A stretch of 62,693 nt of DNA, filler included, from Bdellovibrionota bacterium (GTDB taxonomy: Bacteria > Bdellovibrionota > Bdellovibrionia > Bdellovibrionales > JAEYZS01), in NCBI GenBank assembly GCA_963169515.1. It is 4 parts of 4 records of this genome, joined end to end, with 100 filler letters (N's around TTAATTAATTAA, not from the genome) between each part and the next. Parts side by side here need not be neighbours in the genome. Positions count along the whole stretch, not along the records: positions 24,553 to 50,391 come from CAUJEF010000058.1; 3 more parts are not named here. One strand, 5' to 3'. Of this stretch, positions 40,010-47,670 are shown piece by piece (the stretch's first letter is position 1; every line of letters starts with the position of its first letter). The notes below the pieces were generated by a model, which worked only from the letters and a program-made list of their open reading frames with translations, had not been told where the DNA came from and ran no database searches. Both the position numbers and the translations under genes were made by a program.

Positions 40010-40437
40010 AAATACTTTTTATTATATTGTTTGCGTGTACATCTGTGAATGCAGCATTGCCGAATCGACTGTTGTCTATTGGTGTGGCCCAACAGGCGGC
40101 ACAGACAGACAAAAAATTAATTTATTTTTGGGCCACTTGGTGCACAAACTGCAGTGAAAAATTGATTACGGCATTGCCCAAGTTTCAAGAAGCCCACAAG
40201 AATGTTTCAATTACAACAGTGAGCCTAGACACTGAACGTGATCGCGTTGAGCATTATGTAAAAAAACAAAAAGTTACTGTACCTGTACTGTTTGATCCCC
40301 AAGGGACGTTGAGCAAAGAAATGGATATTTCTGCTGTACCGTATTGGATCGTTTACAAAAAAGTTGCCGACCAGTGGGAGAAGGTGGATTCTGGTGTCAC
40401 GTTTGATACTGACCGGATTGAGTTGGCATTAAGATAG
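40006..40437 (+). CDS. TlpA-like exported thioredoxin
   Basis: FWATWCTNC, AVP; ATG 40006. Confidence 0.85.
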   Translation: MKILFIILFACTSVNAALPNRLLSIGVAQQAAQTDKKLIYFWATWCTNCSEKLITALPKFQEAHKNVSITTVSLDTERDRVEHYVKKQKVTVPVLFDPQGTLSKEMDISAVPYWIVYKKVADQWEKVDSGVTFDTDRIELALR

Positions 40438-40674
40438 CCCGGCCCGAGCACCGCCCGGACGTTTTCCTTGTACGGAATTTTCAGATGAACATCCTGTTTC
40501 AATGCCTTGAGCGAATCCAAAAGCTTGCGCAGCAAGCACTGCACATAACTGGTCACAATAGTTAAATCTAGTAATTCTATCACGTTGATCTTTAGCTGTA
40601 GCTAAACAAGAAAATCGGCAATCTTGGCCACTGATTACTTAACCTTCGGTATCAAGACGGAAGAGTTTTTTTAA

Positions 40675-40951
40675 GCGCCGAGGTCCCGATCAACCCCTTG
40701 GGTTTTAGCTAAAGAATTTAGAGTTCCAAGCCCGCCCTAGGACTACCTCAGCATTTCATAAAGAAAATAAACCAACTTCCAAAGAAGAACGAACCAACGT
40801 ACAACGCTCCAAAGGCCGTTAAGTTTACGGAGAACCTTCCGATAATTAGCATAACAAAGCCGGTAAGCTTTCTTACGTTTCATATCGCCCCCTATCTCCA
40901 AGGAGGACCTACCATAGTCCGAAGCTAACCTGAGCCTCGGCACCATGGTAG
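40675..40951 (-). other. Structured mRNA of a candidate type I toxin
   Basis: 5' hairpin 40951-40909; alternative 22-bp helix between 40943-40921 and 40697-40675; SD-sequestering stem 40908-40887; 3' hairpin CTTGG..CTAAA/TTTAG..CCAAG. Confidence 0.55.
40743..40883 (-). CDS. 46-aa basic/hydrophobic peptide, candidate type I toxin
   Basis: MKRKKAYRLCYANYRKVLRKLNGLWSVVRWFVLLWKLVYFLYEMLR; SD GGAGATAGGGGG. Confidence 0.6.
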   Translation of the reverse strand: MKRKKAYRLCYANYRKVLRKLNGLWSVVRWFVLLWKLVYFLYEMLR

Positions 40952-40960
40952 TTGCAAATT
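40824..40960 (+). ncRNA. Candidate antisense antitoxin RNA with its promoter
   Basis: TTTACG(40824)-17 nt-TAGCAT(40847); a transcript from about 40859 would cover the ATG and SD and end at the 40909-40951 hairpin. Confidence 0.4.
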
Positions 40961-41085
40961 ATTGGTGCCATTCAAATGGATTTTAAATTTGTATTAAGAA
41001 TGCTATGTCCGAAATACGGACATTTAGGATTCTCATGGAGACGAAGGGGCGCGTCACAGAATCAATGCGCTTTCATAGACGAAAC

Positions 41086-41811
41086 TCACAGCGGTAGCTG
41101 TATTCGAATATGTCCCCAGTCTTCAGTGCGCAGCAAGGGGATACCGTTTTTTTTTAGGCGCTTACGAACAATGGCGTGGGGGTGCCCGTAGCGCTGCTCA
41201 CGCGCGCTGGCGATGGACAGTTTCAAATGGGATAGTTTATCCAGAAGATGCTGTGATGTGCTCGTCTGACTTCCGTGGTGGCCTAACACCAATACTCTTA
41301 CCCGATCTATTCCTTTTAAGAGGTAACACCATTTTTTTTCCATACAGGCTGTGGAATCCCCTGGAAGAAGGATATTTTCAGTTTCGATAATTCGACTGGA
41401 ATCGTTTGTGGTCTTATAAAAATTCAAATCTATTTTTTGGACCAGTGGGATTTCTGGACAGGGAAGAAGTGATTTAACAAGGCTCTTAGTAAAACTTTTT
41501 TTTGTTGTATGGGGCGGAACCAAACACGTTTTGGGTAAAGTACGGGCTACTTTTTTAACAAAGCCAATGTGGTCCCAGTCTTCATGGCTTAGGAAAATAA
41601 TGTTTTGCTTTTCGTAACATAATTCTTGAACTGGTTTTAGGGGCATGTATTCACCGCCCATATCAAAATGAAGACATTTTGAGGGCTCAACCAAGGTGGA
41701 CCACAAACCTTGGCCAACATTCCAGACAATAAATTCTTTTTCCCTATCAAGATTAATAGGTACAGCTGCAAAAAGTAACAAAGGAAACATAAATTTAGCT
41801 TTGAACTGCAT
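41086..41811 (-). CDS. ComEC C-terminal metallo-beta-lactamase domain (stand-alone)
   Basis: NVGQG, SHEDWDH, PGD, GHHGS, YGHPH; ATG 41811 with GGAG. Confidence 0.85.
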   Translation of the reverse strand: MQFKAKFMFPLLLFAAVPINLDREKEFIVWNVGQGLWSTLVEPSKCLHFDMGGEYMPLKPVQELCYEKQNIIFLSHEDWDHIGFVKKVARTLPKTCLVPPHTTKKSFTKSLVKSLLPCPEIPLVQKIDLNFYKTTNDSSRIIETENILLPGDSTACMEKKWCYLLKGIDRVRVLVLGHHGSQTSTSQHLLDKLSHLKLSIASAREQRYGHPHAIVRKRLKKNGIPLLRTEDWGHIRIQLPL

Positions 41812-42682
41812 TTTTTCTCCGTCGGTATGTGAAAAAGAAAATTGCAAAAAGATTTAAGGCCATGACATAAACCCACAGCGTCGGTTTTGAAATGGAAATG
41901 GGGGACAGTGGTGGCAGATATTCAGAAAATTTTGAAAGAAATTTGTTTAATGCAAACCATAACCAATCTACTAGGCTTGCAATTGGAAAAATAAAACTTA
42001 AGGCACACAAGGGAAATAAAACCAATCCCAAAAGCGGAGCTACAAAAGCATTTGACAGCGCAGTCAAAGGATGTGGTGGATTTAGCGGCAGCAAAACGGG
42101 CAATAGCAACAGATAGATCGATAAATGTTTTTTTAAGCCCGTCAGTTTACTACAAAGGCACAAGGCTAACGCTGCCGTAGAACTTAATAAGAATGAAACC
42201 GAGGTTATCCATTCGGGAAATAGCCCAAGTGAAAGTATCATCGAAATCCAAATTTGTTGTTGGCTTGTCCAAAAAAATCTTTTCGTATCATTGATGTGAT
42301 GAACGCACAGGCCTATGAGTGCGCGTATGACGGGTGGTTGTGCGGCGGAGATGAGCGCGTACGTAAGCAGTAATAAAAACTTCCAGTGGAACTGGATTTT
42401 TCCACGAAAGACCTTGTCAATAAAAAAACCAAGAAAAATAAGATGTGATCCAGATACAACAATCAGGTGAAGCAGCCCACAATTTCTCAAAAAAATCTTA
42501 AAAAAACTTTCGGAAAGTTGTGAGCCGCACACGATCGCCTGATAAAATTCTTGGTAATCTGATGTTGGTGCCTGTTCGATGCAAAAACGATGAGGGATTT
42601 CTGATATTTTTGCTAAATTATTCATCAGAGAGTTTGATGAGAAATTCCACACTATGACTGCTAAAATTGTTATTAACCACAT
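41795..42682 (-). CDS. comEC: ComEC/Rec2 competence (channel) domain
   Basis: GLLHLIVVSGSHL, PPVIRA, SFLLS, multiple TMs. Confidence 0.88.
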   Translation of the reverse strand: MWLITILAVIVWNFSSNSLMNNLAKISEIPHRFCIEQAPTSDYQEFYQAIVCGSQLSESFFKIFLRNCGLLHLIVVSGSHLIFLGFFIDKVFRGKIQFHWKFLLLLTYALISAAQPPVIRALIGLCVHHINDTKRFFWTSQQQIWISMILSLGLFPEWITSVSFLLSSTAALALCLCSKLTGLKKHLSIYLLLLPVLLPLNPPHPLTALSNAFVAPLLGLVLFPLCALSFIFPIASLVDWLWFALNKFLSKFSEYLPPLSPISISKPTLWVYVMALNLFAIFFFTYRRRKNAVQS

Positions 42683-43030
42683 ACTTAAATCAATTAGCAG
42701 TAGTTATGTGCCAGATTAGTGCTATTAATGCGTTCTGATTGTTTTAGTGTCCGATGGTCGGATTTAAGATGTGTGAGAAATATGTTAAGAGTTTGTGTTA
42801 ATTCAAAAAATATCTAGTTATTTTAATTACTTAGGATGGCTGAAAAATCATGCAATCCGTTGAAACCCTTGAAAATTACCGAGTCCAAGGTCTAGAAAGT
42901 GAGGTAGTCCACATATCATGTGGATAAGTCTAACAAGAGCATAAAGCGCACCCATAAATTCTATGGTTGCATCCGAATTGACGCATCCTTACCATATAGG
43001 GAGAGGATTTTTTTTCGGAAGGGAACAAGG

Positions 43031-43660
43031 ATGTTCGAACGATTTGTTATTCTCCTACCATTGTTATTATTGGCGTGCGCGCACACAAAAAAACAAATGC
43101 CTATTGTTCAAAAAAAAGCTTTCGAAAACCGGGAACTGAAAGCTTATAAAAAAATCAATAAATTAGAGGCAACACTGTTTGATTTGAAAACTCAGAACGA
43201 TATTTTAATCCAAGCGCTGAAAGATCAAAAAAATCATGGTAAACAGCCTAAACGGTCTGCTGTAACGCAATTTCCAGAGTTCGATGAGCTGGTATTTGAC
43301 CAAGCAAGGAAGGCGTATGAGACAAAGGATATTCCCCGCTTGAAAGAAGCCGTAAAAATATTGCAATCTAATCAGCCGCAAAGCGACAATTTAGATGCGA
43401 TTTACCATTGGCTTATTCAACTTCAGTACGAAGGCGACCAATACAACAATGCTTTGTATACCGCGAATAATTTTTTAAAATTAAAGCCTAAAAGCACATT
43501 GGTTCCAAATACAATTTTTATGAAAGGGCAGATTTACGAAAAAATGAATCTCAAAGCCCTCGCATCAAAAATGTATACCAACGTGAAGGATATTTACCCG
43601 GGCCATGCCATGGCAGGGATGGCATTGGACCGAATCCGCAAGATGGGTGAGGTTAAGTGA
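43031..43660 (+). CDS. TPR lipoprotein (CpoB/YbgF-like)
   Basis: LLAC lipobox, coiled coil, TPR helices ending YPGH. Confidence 0.7.
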   Translation: MFERFVILLPLLLLACAHTKKQMPIVQKKAFENRELKAYKKINKLEATLFDLKTQNDILIQALKDQKNHGKQPKRSAVTQFPEFDELVFDQARKAYETKDIPRLKEAVKILQSNQPQSDNLDAIYHWLIQLQYEGDQYNNALYTANNFLKLKPKSTLVPNTIFMKGQIYEKMNLKALASKMYTNVKDIYPGHAMAGMALDRIRKMGEVK

Positions 43661-45174
43661 AATATTTAATATTCTTTTTGTGCGTTCAAGGGGCTTGGGC
43701 TCAGAATGACATTGAAGATCGCTGGAATAATATTTATCAGCAATACTATTCACAAGCGATGACCGATGATGAGTGGTCACAAATAGCCGGCGAAAAGATT
43801 AATGAAACCTATGCTATTCAACAGGGCGACACATTGTGGGATATTAGTGTGACTTTGTTTGGAAATGGATACTATTGGCCTAAAATTTGGCAATTAAACA
43901 GCGCGATCACAAATCCTCACATAATTAAGCCTGGGTACGAACTCAGGTTTGTACCGGGCACAACTGAATCGCCGCCAGCGCTCCAAATTGCCGCAACTGC
44001 GAACAGTCCCTCTATACCAAGTGGGCCAGCTGTGCCGGGAGCTGCTCCGGTGGCAAATGCGGATCCAAATGCCCCGCAATATACAACTGTGCCGGTAATT
44101 CCGCCCCCGACTTTCAAATCCCGCCCTGTGTTAATGAAAATTCCAAAAAGCTTGCCGTACCTGACTGCAACAAAAAAAGAAAATAATTTTGATCGGGATG
44201 GTTTTACATTCGACGAAACAAAAGACAAATATTCAAAACCGACGCTAGATCTTCATACCTACATAGTCGAAACCGAACCGGATTCTGATGGGGAAGTACT
44301 CCAGGCCGAAGGTAATAAATCCATAGCGTCGTTGTTTCAAAATGTGTATGTGTCTGTCCCAGACGGAGCCGTTGGAAAAAGATATTATTCTTTCCACTTA
44401 GGGCAAAAGGTAACGGACCCCAATTCGCTTTTTGGTAGTTCGGCAGGCATTGAAGTGGAAGTCGAAGGTGAAATGGAGCTCACAGAGCTTGTGAATCCCT
44501 CTCGGAATCTTTACAAGGCAATTGTGAAAAAGACCATAAACCCAGTTCGCGTTGGGAGCCGAGTTAAAGAGGGGAACATTGAAATTTGCGATGCCACGAT
44601 AACAGATAATTTTGCAAAAGTGTCAGGCCAAGTCATTGGCGGGGAGTTTGACGGCGATCGAAAAATTTTAGGCTTAGCGTCGATTGTCTATTTCAATGTG
44701 GGCGAAGAAGAAGGTGTCGAGGTTGGACAAATGATGCGGATTTTGAAACGTGAAAAACTTAGAAACCCAGATACCCTTGTAACTCATGAAGAGGCTCCGA
44801 TCGGTGTTGCAAAAATTATCAGCGTGACGCCAAACCGATCAACGGGAGTTGTTCTTAAGGCGGCGATGGAAATCCTTCCAGGGGACTACGCGGGTGATAA
44901 TACTTTCAACGCGGTAAGCACAAATGATATTGAAAATGAATTAAAAACTGAGTCCCTGAACATGAAACAAGATCAAGAAGCAAAATCAAATCAATCTGAC
45001 TCGGATATCGACGCACAAGAGGACGCCGATGAGGCAGCCGATGTGCAAGAAGATGACGATGCGGTCCAAGAGGAAATTGATGAATCTGACGAGCAATTGG
45101 ACGAAGGCCAGCCGGCGGACGAAAATTCGGATTCCGACCTTACAGAAGAAGAAAATATAGACGAAGGGGAGTAA
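43657..45174 (+). CDS. LysM domain exported protein with an acidic tail
   Basis: YAIQQGDTLWDIS...WPKIWQLN..ITNPHIIKPG; upstream of dprA. Confidence 0.88.
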   Translation: MKYLIFFLCVQGAWAQNDIEDRWNNIYQQYYSQAMTDDEWSQIAGEKINETYAIQQGDTLWDISVTLFGNGYYWPKIWQLNSAITNPHIIKPGYELRFVPGTTESPPALQIAATANSPSIPSGPAVPGAAPVANADPNAPQYTTVPVIPPPTFKSRPVLMKIPKSLPYLTATKKENNFDRDGFTFDETKDKYSKPTLDLHTYIVETEPDSDGEVLQAEGNKSIASLFQNVYVSVPDGAVGKRYYSFHLGQKVTDPNSLFGSSAGIEVEVEGEMELTELVNPSRNLYKAIVKKTINPVRVGSRVKEGNIEICDATITDNFAKVSGQVIGGEFDGDRKILGLASIVYFNVGEEEGVEVGQMMRILKREKLRNPDTLVTHEEAPIGVAKIISVTPNRSTGVVLKAAMEILPGDYAGDNTFNAVSTNDIENELKTESLNMKQDQEAKSNQSDSDIDAQEDADEAADVQEDDDAVQEEIDESDEQLDEGQPADENSDSDLTEEENIDEGE

Positions 45175-45206
45175 ACCTGGCATTCGATCTTGCATAGTAA
45201 CCTTTT

Positions 45207-46076
45207 ATGCAATGGAAATACTTACTCGCGACCCTCCGGATGCTCACCCCCAAATTTGATGTAGAAACATTTCTTCATTTTTCAGCCCATGATTACCTTG
45301 TGAGTTATCCAGAAAAGCTATTATTTGAGCTGCCAAGGGGGCCATTGAAGGATTTCGTACGGGAACGTCCATTTTGGTTTCGGGAAGGGATTAAAATTCT
45401 TGCTTGGCTTGAAAAAAATAAGAGTTCTATCGTGTGTTACGGTGAAGAGGACTACCCCAAAGAATTTTATTTGTTAAACGAGCCACCAATTCTTTTGTCT
45501 TTTGAGGGTACTTCATGTTGGAAGAACAATAAATTGCTCTCTGTTGTTGGAAGTCGGTATCCATCACCGAAGAGCTTGGAATGGATGGATCAACATTTGG
45601 CTCCATTGGTGCGCGGTGGGCTTTGCTTGGTGAGCGGGGCAGCCCGCGGAATTGACCAAAGGGCCCACGCCATTTGTTTAAGAAACAATACGCCAACCAT
45701 TGCATTTTTACCGTCAGGACTTAAGGAAACGTATCCGTCTGAATTTAGCGAATGGAAGAAGAAAATCATAGAACATGGGGGTGCTGTTGTGAGCGAATAT
45801 TCACCCTTCCAAGCGATGAGGAAACATCATTTTTTAGAGCGTAATCGGATGATAGCACGGCTGGGGAAATGCCTGCTTGTTGTTGAGGCCCGATTGCGTA
45901 GTGGTTCAACCATGACTGCACGCCTTGCGATCGAAAATAGCCAATCTGTTTGTGTTCTTCCGGCCTTTCCCAATGATCAAAATTTTCGGGGAAGCGTAGA
46001 CCTTCTTTTTAATGGCGCATTTCCAATTCGTGATTCGATTGATCTTAAGATGCTAATGGATTTGTCGCACAGCTAA
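45207..46076 (+). CDS. dprA: DNA-processing protein DprA
   Basis: VVGSR, VSGAARGID, FLERNRMI, VVEARLRSGS. Confidence 0.92.
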   Translation: MQWKYLLATLRMLTPKFDVETFLHFSAHDYLVSYPEKLLFELPRGPLKDFVRERPFWFREGIKILAWLEKNKSSIVCYGEEDYPKEFYLLNEPPILLSFEGTSCWKNNKLLSVVGSRYPSPKSLEWMDQHLAPLVRGGLCLVSGAARGIDQRAHAICLRNNTPTIAFLPSGLKETYPSEFSEWKKKIIEHGGAVVSEYSPFQAMRKHHFLERNRMIARLGKCLLVVEARLRSGSTMTARLAIENSQSVCVLPAFPNDQNFRGSVDLLFNGAFPIRDSIDLKMLMDLSHS

Positions 46077-46155
46077 AAGCACTAGGGGTATGGTTATTGG
46101 AATATTTTTTTAGTAATTGCCATATTTTTGATAAATTTGCTATTTATATGAGGCC

Positions 46156-46560
46156 ATGATGAAAATTAAGAAGGTAGCTCCAAAGAAAAAATCTGATGTG
46201 CATGTTACACAGTCGATGTTTTTTGAGTTTCGTGATGAGCTAAAGGAGCTTCTAAAAGTTTCGTTTCATGACTTAAAGTCTGAAATTCAAGAGGTCAGGT
46301 CTGAAATCCATGCCGTAAAAGCAGAGGTTCAAGAGGTCAGGTCTGAAATCCATGGAACTAAGTCTGAAATTCACGATCTGAAATCGGAAATTTATGGGGT
46401 CAAATCAGAGCTGCATAGAATTGGGTTGCTTGGAGAAGAGCAAAACGCCCGGAACATTCTTGTGCTAGATGGCTACGAACAGATTTATCAAAGTCAGAAA
46501 GATTTGGCATCTTGTATGGGTCATTTAGAAAAAGAATGGTTGGAATACAAATCTTTGTGA
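46156..46560 (+). CDS. Coiled-coil heptad-repeat protein
   Basis: SEI-x-x-[VLT]-[KR] heptads; exact 27-bp DNA duplication at 46286 and 46328. Confidence 0.75.
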   Translation: MMKIKKVAPKKKSDVHVTQSMFFEFRDELKELLKVSFHDLKSEIQEVRSEIHAVKAEVQEVRSEIHGTKSEIHDLKSEIYGVKSELHRIGLLGEEQNARNILVLDGYEQIYQSQKDLASCMGHLEKEWLEYKSL

Positions 46561-46572
46561 CCAATGTGTCCG

Positions 46573-47670
46573 CTAGATGCGCCAAATTCGTTTCAGGGAA
46601 TAAAGCGCAGCTAAAAAGAAAATGGTACATGGAATCCAGAGAGCAATTGACGGGGGCAGGTATCCATTTCGAGCAATACTTTCCATAGAAATGTGCAAAA
46701 TCCAGTACACTACGATCAGAGCAATCGATAGGACAAACCCGCTAGAGCGCTGGGTTCGTCTTTGTGTTACTATTCCCAAGCCAACCCCAAAGAGCGAAAA
46801 AACAAAACAGATCAGCGTGATGGCCCAGCGTTTATGGAATTCGGCTTCAAGTTTGATTTTTGCCGATGGTACTTTGACGGTTTTCAATGCATTTCGGAGT
46901 TCTCCCAATTGCATGGACGGGGGGGATTTGTCCTTGATCTGGATTTGTCCTGGGTTTGTAAGATAAATATCGTATGTCTTAAAGTTAATTTTAGTATAGA
47001 CCTCGTCATTTGTTCTGTGAATGCTTCCATCGAGCAGGCGCAAAGTCGATGAGGAATTGTTTTTATTATTTAAGACGATGCCTTTTTTGGAAATTATTGT
47101 GACAGGCATATTCCCTTTTCGCTCATCGTAGATGAAGACATCCTTTAAGATACCTTCATTTTCGTCGACTTGATTTGCATACACGACAAGATCATAAAAG
47201 CCTTCAGCAAACGCCCCTTCCCGGATAGCTGCGGTGACTTTTTTGCTACCCATTTGTGACATGAGAACTTCGAATTTTCGGTTACCCCAGGGGCCAACAT
47301 AAAATGATGACATGGCAGAAAGGAGAGCGACCAGTAGTCCAATTGCAACGGCGGGCGCAGTCAGTGACCACATATTGACCCCAAGTGACTTCATGGCAAC
47401 GATTTCAGAATCAGTGCTGAGGCGGCCATAGGTCATTAGAACAGAAAAAATTACGCTCATGGGTAAAATAGCGGGCAAGAAGCTAATGGACATATAGGTC
47501 ACAAGCTCTGTAACCATGGCCAGTGAGGCACCGTGGACCAAAATGAACTCGGTCAGTCGCAGTACTTGAAACATGAGTAAAATAGAAATGAAAACTACGA
47601 GTCCCATGAGAAATCCCGGAAGGGTTTCTCGAAAAACATAAAACATGGCACGCCAGTTTTTAAAATCCAT
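46573..47670 (-). CDS. lptF: LPS export permease LptF (LptF/G family)
   Basis: GRLSTDSEIVAMKSLG, 6 TMs with a periplasmic beta domain, EFHKRW. Confidence 0.88.
   Translation of the reverse strand: MDFKNWRAMFYVFRETLPGFLMGLVVFISILLMFQVLRLTEFILVHGASLAMVTELVTYMSISFLPAILPMSVIFSVLMTYGRLSTDSEIVAMKSLGVNMWSLTAPAVAIGLLVALLSAMSSFYVGPWGNRKFEVLMSQMGSKKVTAAIREGAFAEGFYDLVVYANQVDENEGILKDVFIYDERKGNMPVTIISKKGIVLNNKNNSSSTLRLLDGSIHRTNDEVYTKINFKTYDIYLTNPGQIQIKDKSPPSMQLGELRNALKTVKVPSAKIKLEAEFHKRWAITLICFVFSLFGVGLGIVTQRRTQRSSGFVLSIALIVVYWILHISMESIARNGYLPPSIALWIPCTIFFLAALYSLKRIWRI

Noticed and set aside
40353..40583. 76-aa minus-strand ORF
   Set aside because: No SD or recognisable motif, and it overlaps the thioredoxin 3' end; could be a remnant but unsupported
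40884..40946. Longer 67-aa version of the peptide ORF
   Set aside because: The upstream ATG has no SD and is buried in the hairpin; ATG 40883 has a good SD
40675..40951. Structured element as a retron msr-msd, 6S RNA, tmRNA or riboswitch
   Set aside because: No reverse transcriptase nearby, no tRNA-like ends or recognisable aptamer consensus, and it encloses an ORF with an SD. An Rfam search is still needed to exclude these formally
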